A stretch of DNA of 63,937 nt, counting the filler, from Perkinsus olseni (Eukaryota): assembly GCA_013115125.1 (NCBI GenBank). It is 57 parts of 57 records of this genome, joined end to end, with 100 filler letters (N's around TTAATTAATTAA, not from the genome) between each part and the next. Parts side by side here need not be neighbours in the genome. Positions count along the whole stretch, not along the records: positions 49,665 to 50,672 come from JABANN010002202.1; positions 50,773 to 51,780 come from JABANN010002203.1; positions 51,881 to 52,888 come from JABANN010002204.1; positions 52,989 to 53,995 come from JABANN010002205.1; positions 54,096 to 55,102 come from JABANN010002206.1; positions 55,203 to 56,208 come from JABANN010002207.1; positions 56,309 to 57,314 come from JABANN010002208.1; positions 57,415 to 58,420 come from JABANN010002209.1; 49 more parts are not named here. One strand, given 5' to 3'. Under the pieces are notes generated by a model. That model searched no databases, had not been told where the DNA came from, and saw only the letters and a program-made list of their open reading frames with translations. The position numbers and the translations under genes are program-made. Numbering within the stretch: position 1 is the first letter of the stretch; each line of letters begins with the position of its first letter. Positions 49,665 to 60,536 of this stretch are shown here, piece after piece.

Positions 49665-50672
49665 TCTACACCTGGTGTCTATCACAGTGCTAGTCAAATG
49701 CTGCCTATAGTGTCTGCTGCTACTGTGAAAGCTTATCAATTCAGCTAATCTACGCCTGTCTTTTGCTCCCCATTTGAGAGTGGTTTTGACAATTTTCGAC
49801 AGTTGTTTTCGGCCCAGGCCCAAACCTATCCGTGAAACCGCTCTAGTACAACGAACTTTTCTCCAGTGTTCTTCCATCTCATGGTGTGCAGTGTTGATGA
49901 TCTGACCTTTGGTGCACGACAGAGGCTTGCGCACAATATGGGTCATTGTGCTAGCACCCGCTCGTGCCCCTCGTGCCGCAAAGACATCACTCAGCTCGTT
50001 GTATAGGTATCCTTGGTGCCCTCGGACCCACCAGTAAAACACCTTACCGTTTGCGTGTTCGACCCACGCATCTGTCTTTTGTATGATGGAGCGGACCAAC
50101 TCGGTGCATCTTGAGTTCCTCCGATTGAACGCTTTCTGTACCCCTCTGATGGCAGCCAGTGAATCCAGACATATGTAAAGGTCAGACTGGTCTCGTGGTA
50201 GTTCGTGTGCCCACTGAAGGCAGTTATCAATGCCAGCTAACTCGCATTGTGCGATGTTGGAGAAGGGGCCGGTGTCGAAGGATTTGCCTTCGTAGCCGTG
50301 TGGAGCATCTGGGGCACATCTTATCACTCCACAGCCTGTTTTCGCGGCTACGTTGCCGCGATCTACCACCGAACCATCCGAATAGAAGCACAATGTGCTT
50401 CTTTTCGGATGATTCGGTGGTTCTCCGTTTTCAATATTGAATACCACACCAGCGGGTGGAGACTCACTGATGCCATCGACGGGAGCGCAAAGTGTCTCCC
50501 TGTCATCAATGGAATCCACGCCCCATCCTTCGAGGATTTTTCGAGTGTTGTCCGACACCGGTGCCTGGGTCGATCCTACCTTGTGGAGCTTGTGACGCCG
50601 AACGAGGCAGCCCAAAGAGCTTACGCGCGAATACAGCTTCAAGTTTGGTACATTTTTCAATGTACCATTTAC
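49665..50672 (-). mobile_element. Non-LTR retrotransposon C-terminal region with RNase H
   Basis: Motifs FYSDGS, CELAGI, CLDS and WWVRGHQG..NELSDVFA, followed by the start of a terminal Cys motif (DTRCR). Confidence 0.85.
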
Positions 50673-50772
50673 NNNNNNNNNNNNNNNNNNNNNNNNNNNN
50701 NNNNNNNNNNNNNNNNTTAATTAATTAANNNNNNNNNNNNNNNNNNNNNNNNNNNNNNNNNNNNNNNNNNNN

Positions 50773-51291
50773 GAGGGGGATGCTCCGTCCAGTGCAGCTG
50801 AGCCTCGAGAATGGGCGACATTTGGACCCTGGGGAGCGTGCGGTTGGGGGATTCCGTCTTCGGAGGTGTCCTCGAAGAGTGACCGCGATACTACATCGCA
50901 GAGGCTCTCCGACTCTCCTCCCAGCGTAGCCAGAACGAGGACGGTAGCGGACATTGAAGCGATCTATCAGCAGCTTCGTGAGGCGAGGGGGCGCCCTGCA
51001 ATGGAAGACGGACCTTCACGGGAAGTGGTCGTCGTTGCGGCCGACTTGGGGGTGGGCGGAGTCAGGCTGCTGGAGAGAATGTGCGCCAGGAGGATTCAGA
51101 GGGCCTGGCGGGCCTACGCGAAACGGCAAGAGACGGTAAGTCGAGCACTGATGTTGGGCTTGATGGGAGTAGCCATCAGGCGAAAATGTACGAAAGAACG
51201 GCGGAGCGATGCAGACATTTGGTGGAGGCGACACTACTTCAGACGGCCATGCAAAATAGTAGAATCATTGAGAAGGAACTCGCCACGTTGA
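50773..51291 (+). CDS. Hypothetical protein fragment with an IQ-like motif
   Basis: CARRIQRAWRAYAKR resembles an IQ calmodulin-binding motif. The exon structure is unresolved. Confidence 0.4.
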   Translation, partial: EGDAPSSAAEPREWATFGPWGACGWGIPSSEVSSKSDRDTTSQRLSDSPPSVARTRTVADIEAIYQQLREARGRPAMEDGPSREVVVVAADLGVGGVRLLERMCARRIQRAWRAYAKRQETVSRALMLGLMGVAIRRKCTKERRSDADIWWRRHYFRRPCKIVESLRRNSPR

Positions 51292-51880
51292 AGGTGCGTC
51301 GTCGTAGGGTCCTCCCGGGAACGGATGGCTCGCCCACAGTCTGTGACACAGTTGTGGTATATTCCTCGCTAGAAGATGGTGGAATTATGGTATTAGTCGG
51401 GCTGCTTCTACCGGCATTCAGCCTTACTTCGTTCAACCGTACGCCTGAGCCGTCAACATCATCCCCCACTAGACAGCACCAGAGCGCATGAACCGTTCAA
51501 GTTGAACGGGAACCTAAAACTTTCCGGTCACAGTAGCGGGACAATTATGTTTATAATCAGTCGAACGAGTCTGATTCCGTTGCGGTACTCGCCACCGTTA
51601 CAGTTCGATGATTGGGTTAGCGAAACGCCGTCAGCGACGAATGCTGATCTCGTACGCGAGGCCCCTTGCCAGCATTATGCCCTTTCGCAAAGAGTATCCT
51701 ACCCGCTTTTAGGCTCGGACAAAGTCCACGGGCAGAATCATTCAGGAAGGCCAGAGTGACTCCCATAACCCTCCGAGTTCNNNNNNNNNNNNNNNNNNNN
51801 NNNNNNNNNNNNNNNNNNNNNNNNTTAATTAATTAANNNNNNNNNNNNNNNNNNNNNNNNNNNNNNNNNNNNNNNNNNNN

Positions 51881-51952
51881 GCCACTTTAGCTTAGTGGTA
51901 GAGCGTCTGCTTCGTAAGCAGAAGGTCGTCAGTTCAATCCTGGCAAGTGGCT
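51881..51952 (+). tRNA. tRNA-Thr(CGT)
   Basis: Acceptor GCCACTT/AAGTGGC, anticodon arm TCTGC-TTCGTAA-GCAGA, TTCAA T-loop and U73. Confidence 0.93.
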
Positions 51953-52145
51953 GAAACGTTTAGTGGGATCAAATTTATCCTCTCACGACTGTAGACGGAA
52001 GATCTTGCACCACGGCTATTCGGCCCAGCAGTTTCTGGACAAGTTCTCGTGTAAGCCACAAAAATATATCCTCTCACGACTGTAGGTGGAAGATCTTGCG
52101 CCACGGCTATTTGGCACGGCAGTTTCTGGACAAGAACTTGTGTAA

Positions 52146-52217
52146 GCCACTTTAGCTTAGTGGTAGAGCGTCTGCTTTGTAAGCAGAAGGTCGTCAGTTC
52201 AATCCTGGCAAGTGGCT
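52146..52217 (+). tRNA. tRNA-Thr(TGT)
   Basis: The body is identical to the other copies, but the anticodon loop is TTTGTAA. Confidence 0.88.
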
Positions 52218-52319
52218 GATATATTTGGTGAGATCAAATTTATCCTCTCACGACTGTAGGTGGAAGATCTTGCGCCACGGCTATTTGGCCCGGCAGTTTC
52301 TGGACAAGTTCTTGTGTAA

Positions 52320-52391
52320 GCCACTTTAGCTTAGTGGTAGAGCGTCTGCTTCGTAAGCAGAAGGTCGTCAGTTCAATCCTGGCAAGTGGCT
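52320..52391 (+). tRNA. tRNA-Thr(CGT)
   Basis: Identical to copy 1. Confidence 0.93.
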
Positions 52392-52493
52392 GAAGTATTT
52401 GGTGAGATCAAATTTATCCTCTCACGACTGTAGGTGGAAAATCTTGCGCCACGGCTATTTGGCCCGGCAGTTTCTGGACAAGCTCTCGTGTAA

Positions 52494-52565
52494 GCCACTT
52501 TAGCTTAGTGGTAGAGCGTCTGCTTCGTAAGCAGAAGGTCGTCAGTTCAATCCTGGCAAGTGGCT
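52494..52565 (+). tRNA. tRNA-Thr(CGT)
   Basis: Identical to copy 1. Confidence 0.93.
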
Positions 52566-52758
52566 GAAATATCTGGTGAGATCAAATTTATCCTCTCACG
52601 ACTGTAGGTGGAAGATCTTGCGCCACGGCTATTTGGCCAGGCAGTTTCTGGACAATCTCTCGTGTAAGCCACAAAAATATATCCTCTCACGACTGTAGGT
52701 GGAAGTTCTTGCGCCACGGCTATTTGGCCGGGCAGTTTCTGGACAATCTCTCGTGTAA

Positions 52759-52830
52759 GCCACTTTAGCTTAGTGGTAGAGCGTCTGCTTCGTAAGCAGA
52801 AGGTCGTCAGTTCAATTCTGGCAAGTGGCT
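52759..52830 (+). tRNA. tRNA-Thr(CGT)
   Basis: As copy 1, with one C>T change in the T-loop (TTCAATT). Confidence 0.9.
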
Positions 52831-52988
52831 TAAGTATTTGGTGAGATCAGATTTGTCCCTTCACGACTGTAGGTGGAATTCTTGCGCCNNNNNNNNNNNN
52901 NNNNNNNNNNNNNNNNNNNNNNNNNNNNNNNNTTAATTAATTAANNNNNNNNNNNNNNNNNNNNNNNNNNNNNNNNNNNNNNNNNNNN

Positions 52989-53756
52989 GACCACATGGCC
53001 GCGGCCTAGCTGGTCCGTTTTTGACGATCTCAGTTGAACACGTAAGACTGCCCATTCTTGCAGGTCGAAGGTGATATCTCTCGCTTGTAAAGCTAGGACC
53101 TCACTTGACCTCATCACGCCATAGATGCCAATCAGAGTAGCAGCCGTGAGTGCTTCCAAGTCGCTCGCCTGGATTCCTTCCACGGCCTCTAGTGCCGCAA
53201 GCGATGTTATCTCATAGACTGTCAGCGGCCGCTTTTGGTTTTCCCCTCCATCCGGGAGCTTCTTATGCGCAGCTTTGAGAGCATCCGACAATATGGCCTC
53301 CTCGGATGAGTTGAATATGTTGCACAACAGACTTCTGTTGGCCGACTTTAAGCACGACACGTATTGAGAGATGGTGCTTGCTTTGTAAGACCCAGTCTTC
53401 GTCATGACGAAGACAAATCCGATAACATATTCGAGCTTCAAAGGAAACGGCGGTACGCCATCAGGTAAGCACCTCTTATAAAAGTTGGTCACACTTGTGA
53501 TCTTAGTGAGTGTGTTGGCGGATCTTGAGGAATCAATGAAGCTTTTAAGCTCATCCATAGGACGAACGTCACTCCATAAAGTAGAGGATAGCACGGAGGC
53601 TTCATCGCGTGAAGTTCTTGGTCGACTACGTGCAGTACCTAGAGGAGAACTCAACAAACGAAGGAGACTAACACGAGAGAAACCATTCAAACTGAGGATA
53701 TAGGCGTTTCCAAGGCTGATTTTGTGGGTAGACTCCGCGTGAGATTGCGTCAGCAA
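52989..53756 (-). mobile_element. Tyrosine recombinase of a DIRS/Ngaro-like retroelement (3' truncated; first ATG at 53558)
   Basis: YKASTISQYVSCLK (core-binding domain), KRPLT, GIYGVMRSSEVLAL (catalytic Arg) and LRSSKTDQLGRG (catalytic Lys). Confidence 0.93.
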
Positions 53757-53994
53757 CTTTGTTTTCTGACGACTTCACGTGGCAGACTTCATAGCCCTGT
53801 AACACCGTAGCAAAGGATGGCAGTGCACTGAGGAGGAGCTTCCGGAGAATAGGAACTTTAGAGTAGAGCTTCTTGAGGACACCAATGGCCGCTTGGTTGT
53901 CCACCATGAGCATAACTGGTACCCTATCTTCAGTTGACATCTCGGCAATGAAGCTGAGAGTTATGAGGGCCGCCAACAGCTCTAAGGTTACCAT
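53668..53994 (-). mobile_element. RNase H C-terminus of the same DIRS/Ngaro-like element
   Basis: Motifs LELLAA, VDNQAAIGVLKKLYSK and HVKSSENKVADAISRG. The frame overlaps the YR frame. Confidence 0.9.
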
Positions 53995-55202
53995 ANNNNN
54001 NNNNNNNNNNNNNNNNNNNNNNNNNNNNNNNNNNNNNNNTTAATTAATTAANNNNNNNNNNNNNNNNNNNNNNNNNNNNNNNNNNNNNNNNNNNNGATGC
54101 CTCCGGATGGTTACCAGAGTCAGCACGACCCGACATGGCTGGAGAGACGCGTCAACCAAATGTACATTGAGACCTTGAACCAGGATGGCTACGGACTTAA
54201 GAGCTATCAACACTCAATACTCAAGGCTTATGATAAGTAGAAGGAGACCATAGGAGACCATCTGCACGCATTTACAAATGAAGACAATCTCTACCAAACG
54301 AACTGATCGAGCATAACTGCAAAATCGGGCAATGATGTTTCTCAAAAATGTTATTCTGACAGTGCAGCCTTCTCAGGCTGAGAATCTCAGCTCATGATAG
54401 TGATTCTGGTGATGCCCATGATGATGCCCCTGATGTGTGAAGCTCGTGTCGAGACATGGTTCTACGACCTGGGGATCATCGTGAAGAACCAGTCATTCCA
54501 TTCGCGTTTTTGGGTACGACGGTTACTCTTGGGAACATGGCCGAGGTTCGACTGCGAAAGTCAGCGCTTGTGCGAATTGTTGCTGATGTTCAGATGACAT
54601 CAAGAGGCTGCTTAGCTAAACAGTGCGAGAATAGGCTGTGGAAGGGTGGGATTTCACCTTAATTCTCTCCATTGTGTAATGACTGTTGCTCTTCGATGTG
54701 AACCAGCGTAGGGAGGCGTCATGTATCTTTCCCCACATATACTCTCCACACAAGAGTACGGAGTATCTATCCAGTAGAGTATCTCCCACCTATCACTCGC
54801 GTATCCTGAGTAGCCACAGTGGCTACTCAGGATACGCGCTAACAGAGTGGCTGATGTTCATAATCATTGGATACTCATTATAAGTCTGTCAAGAACTACG
54901 GCCTGGTTAATCGTTCCGAGGGCCATGTCTTCGATACTGTTGCTCAGCAGGCTTGGAAGAGGTATAAGTCTGAGATGTTTAATGTTGAAATGGTGGACCG
55001 CGAGGACAAGTGCTTTTATAGGGCTCTAACTCTTGCTGAAGTTCTGCCGTGTTCGAGATGGTGATGAAGAGGCCTATCCTATAGATGGTTCTGCTATGTC
55101 TANNNNNNNNNNNNNNNNNNNNNNNNNNNNNNNNNNNNNNNNNNNNTTAATTAATTAANNNNNNNNNNNNNNNNNNNNNNNNNNNNNNNNNNNNNNNNNN
55201 NN

Positions 55203-56208
55203 AGAGTCAGGAAGCTGTACGATACGGATGAGAAATTACAGAGGTCGTTAAAGTCGTTTGAGAAGTGTCGTCAGGGTAAAGGCTCAGTATATTTCTTTGT
55301 CAAGCATTTGGAGAGATTGTCTTCGGAACTATATTACCTAGGGTCTCCGATCCTAGAGTATACTCTGAAGTGGAAATTGTATATGGGTTTGGAGGATAAG
55401 GAGTTGCGAGGGAAGTTGGATGATTACGTGTCTGACCCTAAGGTCTCGTTTAAAGCGTTGAAGAAACGGGTACTGGATCGAGCTCAAAGGATGTATCAGA
55501 TATCGAAGATGTTAGGGGATAGCGAGCAATCTGATAGGGAAAGGCCGCGATATAGGAGTCGATCATTTAGCAGGGTCAGAGAAGGATCGGCTAACTCTGT
55601 TGGAACGGGTGAAGAGTCCGATAGGGAAAGCTGTTATTCGGAGAGATATATTCTGGCAATAGGCCGGGATACGACGGGCATTAAATGTTACCGGTGTTTA
55701 AAACCGGGGCATTCCGCGAGTACTTGTTCGGCTACGGAGCCTGCGGATATGGAGAAGAGATGTATAAGGTGCGGAAGTCCATCGCATACGCTGGATAAGT
55801 GCAATGTGAAGGTGGAAAAGGCGATCTGCAGGAGATGCAAGTTCCCAGGGCATTTGGCCTACACGTGTAGGACCAATATTAAGGCAGGCTCTAATGAGGC
55901 AGGGACACCGACAGCAAGAGGCAGAACAGCCCCAAATGCGAAGGTACACATGATCGGAGCGAGTGAGGGTGAAGGAGATGAAAATGGAAAGAGTATAGAG
56001 GAGGTTGAAAATTATAGAGTGGCATCGACCAATGCGGGCCATGTGCCGATGGTAATTGGAGAGGTCATTCTGGAAGGGAAACCAGTAGCGGCACTATTCG
56101 ATACGGGAGCCGAGGTTTCGTTAGTGACGATTTCAACCTTAAAGGAATACGTTCCGAGAGTGATGATGGAGTCGCGACATGTACCGAGGGTCAGTGTGGC
56201 TGATGGAG
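55203..56208 (+). mobile_element. Ty3/Gypsy-like gag-protease with three CCHC knuckles
   Basis: CYRCLKPGHSASTC, CIRCGSPSHTLDKC and CRRCKFPGHLAYTC, followed by ALFDTGAEVSLV. Confidence 0.93.
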
Positions 56209-56308
56209 NNNNNNNNNNNNNNNNNNNNNNNNNNNNNNNNNNNNNNNNNNNNTTAATTAATTAANNNNNNNNNNNNNNNNNNNNNNNNNNNNNNNNNNNN
56301 NNNNNNNN

Positions 56309-56730
56309 ACAACCTAAAACAGTTGCATTTCCGCCTGATACTTACAAAAAGATCATAGGCAGAGGGATATGCTTCCGTTATTTATAATGACATCTGGTAA
56401 CTCCTTAAGTAGAGTATTGGCAAACTCCTTGTTGATAAGAGTGTCGGAGCAACCGGTATCCAAGATAATTTCTGGGACAGAGTAGACGAAGTCTTTGAGC
56501 ATCATGCGGCTTTTGGTGGATAGCTGAGACTTCAGTTGGTGGATTCATAGTATTGATGGTCTGCACGAGGTGTTGTTAGCGTTGCGTTCACGACCCTTTG
56601 GCTTATCAGCTGGTGATTTTGATGTAGTATCAGAGGTGGTGTTCTGCTGGAGATCGTCCCAATGTTTAAGGTGTTTGTAGTAGCATGAAGGACCAAATGG
56701 ACAGGTACCATTTTGATACTAATCAATATG
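56309..56730 (-). pseudogene. Decayed gag-protease with a CCCH-finger remnant (not in the ORF track)
   Basis: One frame reads HID*YQNGTCPFGPSCYYKH...SIL*IHQLK...VPEIILDTGCSDTLINKEF. Confidence 0.6.
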
Positions 56731-57414
56731 CTTCCTTCCAAACTGTGAGCGAAAAAAAGAGATATCCCCACATCACAAGTTATCAGATCAGTTACCCATA
56801 TCTGATACTGAAGGATGTGAATATTATCAATCTATCGATCCATTCATTATCCCAACGATTGCGGATGCAGATATATCCATCGGGTCCGATCTTATCATTA
56901 TGATTGGGTCTACATTCTCTTGGGCTTCGCGCAATATTTGTCTGCGTTATAGAAGAATAGATCACTTCTGCGCAATATGCTGTACGCATACAATTTGTCG
57001 TAAGCCTACTCATTAAGATTGTGGCATAATGCTCTACCACAGCATCTGCCCCCCTGCCACGAAAAAATGACTCTAAATTAGCTGTTAGTATGACAGGGAG
57101 CTACGAAAAACTCATACGCGAAACACTAACTGAAGGCTAATGCTCAGCATCAACTCTGGCGTTGTCAGGTGCTCCTATGTCTGGACCGATAGTCATTGTT
57201 CAACAAAAAATTTTTAGTTGAATATAACAAGATGATAACAATCAGACCTGCGCAAACAGCTCAAGATCGATTCTCGTCTCGCTCGGTTCTTGTCGGAAGT
57301 TTATCTTTCTCGCTNNNNNNNNNNNNNNNNNNNNNNNNNNNNNNNNNNNNNNNNNNNNTTAATTAATTAANNNNNNNNNNNNNNNNNNNNNNNNNNNNNN
57401 NNNNNNNNNNNNNN

Positions 57415-58420
57415 ACTCGTTGTAGCACCGAGTCGACGTCCCACGAGTCACCGGCAATAATCTCGATCAGTGGCTCAGTCGCTGGATCTGGTGCCGGGGG
57501 AATCTGATAGAGATCATCACGGATTGCAAAGACACTATCGACAGCACGACAGACATCATCGCAAACATTCAACGAATCAAAAGTCAAGGACGCTATCATA
57601 GAAGACGACGGTTGGCGATCATGGGTGTGAGGTACTATACCTTTAAGATGGTTGTCATCCTCTATTAGACAGCAGCAAGAGTCGAAGTCACCTTCTAGGT
57701 CCTTCTCGAGCCCTATTGCGTTCTCCGGGGAGAAACTCGGCAGCTCCTCTCTTAAGAGAGAAGACACCGTAGATGAAGCGTTGGCAATGAGCCGTACTTC
57801 GTCGTGAGGGATGGACTCGACCCAGCAGCAGTGATCTTCAGTAGACTCACCTTCGTTGTTGGAGATAGTCAGCTGTGATGGCTTGATGTCATCAGTTTTC
57901 TTGTAGGAGGCCACGAGCTCACCCAGCCGAGTCGTCGCCGTACCAGTCTTGACAGGTCTATCCAACAACCGGCTTGCCGAATCAGCGTAGTGGTTAGAGA
58001 CCCCGGCCAAGTGTGATACAGACAACCGACCGTACTGCCTGATGACTTTCAGCTCCTCGGAGATAGAGTCGATAAGGCGGATGATAGCTCGCCGTTCTAG
58101 GATCTTGGAGCTCTGCAACTTCAGAACAGCATCGTCGTTAGACAGCCAACTGCAGCTAGACTTGTTGTCGGTGCGGAAGTCGACATGGAAGGTCAAAGGA
58201 GACCATTCATCAGATGCCGTCAAAGTGGTGCGGTGATAGGAGACCAGCTCCGCCGCACGACGAAGACCCTGCAGGCACATCAGTAGTTCTCTCCTGTTGG
58301 ATGAGTAGGAGACCTGACGGGCTGAGAAGCGATACACGTCTTGGAGGATGATGTCGTCGTTTATCCTGATCACCGTGGCCCCACTATAGAGTGAGGCGTC
58401 GGTCTCAACGATGATGGTGA
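57415..58420 (-). mobile_element. LTR retrotransposon RNase H region
   Basis: Motifs VETDASLYSG, YSSNRRELL, FRTDNKS and HLAGVSNHYADSASRL. Confidence 0.85.
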
Positions 58421-58521
58421 NNNNNNNNNNNNNNNNNNNNNNNNNNNNNNNNNNNNNNNNNNNNTTAATTAATTAANNNNNNNNNNNNNNNNNNNNNNNN
58501 NNNNNNNNNNNNNNNNNNNNA

Positions 58522-59525
58522 TCAGATTGGCTAAACGAGGCCACAGACACTGAGTCTGAGGATGTCAACGAGAAGTGCGATATGGCATGGTCTTCTGGAG
58601 TCGAGAGGCAGGTTCGTCGGAACAACCGGCCCATCCTGGCGACTTTAACCAAGCTGAGAGCTCATGGGCGCTTGGTGCGTCAAAGCAACATTGCTTGGTC
58701 AGAGTTGGAGGGTTGCATCAAGAAAGAAAAGGAGTCTATAGGGGATTCCACCAAGGTCAAGATTATACCACGGGATATTATAACCCGTTGGAACTCTACT
58801 ATGTTCCTAATCCGATGGTTTCTGGACGATGTGAACAAGAAGGGGTTTATCAACTTTCAATCCATATGCCTCAAACGTCGTCCGAGTGACAGCTTGAGAA
58901 AACACATGGCCCGGTACAAGTTGGACGTCGACGACTTCGCTAATGCCGAGAATGTGCACTGTGTTGTAACTGACATAGAGTTAGCAACAAGGCTCCTTTC
59001 CGGGAGCCGATATTGCTCTCTCTCTCTGCTGAGGCCGGTGGTACGAAGCTTGGTTACTCGATTGTCATCTAAAACCGAAGGTCATGGTCGGCTGGCTAAG
59101 ATGTCGAAAGGCATGGTGGACAGTCTGAAGCAGTACTTCAAATATGTTTTACAGTGCGACGGAAACTCTGGTATGCTCATACAAGCATCTACCTACCTCC
59201 ACCCTCGATATGCTTCTACGGAGGACTTGGCCGCGAGTCAGGCAGCAGTGAAGCAAGCGGCAGTATTTTTCGGTGTTGATAGCGACTCCGATGAGGTGGT
59301 GAAGGATGATGACGTTGATGCAATGGAGGTGAATCATGAAGATGGACTACTGAGCTGCCTGAATCGTCGAGAGCTCACTGACCAGCCAGTCAACATATCG
59401 ATCCTTGATCGTGAACTAGACATATACGAGAGAGATCTACATAGTGGCAAGCGGCACGGGTTGGTGGACTACGTCCAATACTGGATTCATGCGGCTCCGA
59501 CGATGCCTACTCTGAGTGCTATAGC
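58522..59525 (+). mobile_element. hAT transposase, C-terminal half
   Basis: Motifs TRWNSTMFLI, ASTYLHPRY, ELDIYE and YW....PTLSAI (start of the hATC dimerisation domain). Confidence 0.88.
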
Positions 59526-59625
59526 NNNNNNNNNNNNNNNNNNNNNNNNNNNNNNNNNNNNNNNNNNNNTTAATTAATTAANNNNNNNNNNNNNNNNNNN
59601 NNNNNNNNNNNNNNNNNNNNNNNNN

Positions 59626-59698
59626 CGGACTCTATCGCAGTCCACCACCTCCTGCCCTTACGTTGCATGTCTAGCGGCTCAGCTGCGAGTGGTGCTAG
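59626..59698 (-). repeat. Dispersed repeat, homolog of 3451-3525
   Basis: Direct alignment of the reverse complement. Confidence 0.8.
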
Positions 59699-60456
59699 GT
59701 CAGGGGCATGGTGACGAACAGTTGATTGTTAGTGTACACTTTATATTCTCTATGTTTGTCAATTAAAGAATCACCAATTTCGCACCACGAACGCTCAACA
59801 ACCGTCCTTTCATATCCGCATAATGCTACTACTCCGAGTGGTTCACCGAACGATATCAATTAGGAGGCTATCTAACTCTGACGTCTTACAGGCAGTTACC
59901 ACCAGACGCAAAAGTTTCTCAGATGGCTTCGAGCTCATTCTGTGCGAGCTGCAAGCGATTATGGCCGAAATTCCCATGATGCAGAGGTTGGGAATGTGAA
60001 CAGTGCGTGGCCTTGCCCTGACCTGCTCAGATCTTATCAGTGTCAGAGTCAGCAGCTAGGCAGTAGCCTACACTCGCTGCCAACTGAGAGTTGGTGCCCA
60101 CCACTGTTCAGTAGGACATTAGATGACTGCCCGACTCCATACCCAGTCTAGGTTGAGTCAGCAGCCTCCAGTGTCCTACCTCCACATCCAGGGAACGGAG
60201 GGCTGGGTCGACCTCACGTCCGCCGTTATCACAGCCATTACAACTTAAGGCTGGATCTGTGGCTAGCACTTGTCGCTAGCTCTAGCATTGAATCAGTTGA
60301 AGTACCGCGTTCCTCTTCGCGCAACCTACTCCCGCGCACAACTCTTTTGTGCGCGCATAATCTCTGCTCGGTAATTTCGCTCACGCCGATCCTCCTGCGT
60401 AGGATTGCTACCACGATTATGGTGGTCGTCTATGCTGGTATTGTGGTACAGTACCC

Positions 60457-60536
60457 TGACAGCTGTGGGGTTCGAACCCACGCCCTTCCGGACTGGCGCC
60501 TAAAGCCAGCGCCTTGGACCACTCGGCCAAACTGTC
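60457..60536 (-). tRNA. tRNA-Leu(TAG)
   Basis: GACAGTTTGGCCGAGTGGTCCAAGGCG-CTGGC-TTTAGGC-GCCAG-TCCGGAAGGGC-GTGGGTTCGAACCCCAC-AGCTGTCA, with a long variable arm. Confidence 0.95.

Larger units (their letters stand above)
51881..52888 (+). repeat. tRNA-Thr tandem array: 174-bp units plus 91-bp tRNA-less units
   Basis: tRNA starts at 51881, 52146, 52320, 52494 and 52759 (spacings 265, 174, 174, 265). The array fills the whole contig. Confidence 0.95.

Noticed and set aside
52273-52295. Array spacer segment GCCACGGCTATTTGGCCC faintly resembling the spliced leader
   Set aside because: Only about 12-13 of 21 positions match and no GT donor follows, so it is not distinguishable from chance.
51881-52888. 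CRISPR-like repeat/spacer appearance
   Set aside because: The repeats are canonical tRNAs, the spacers are near-identical rather than unique, and there are no cas genes.
56660-56730. GTCPFGPSCYYKH as a makorin gene
   Set aside because: No RING domain is seen, and the same frame leads to a retropepsin DTG motif, favouring a decayed retroelement.
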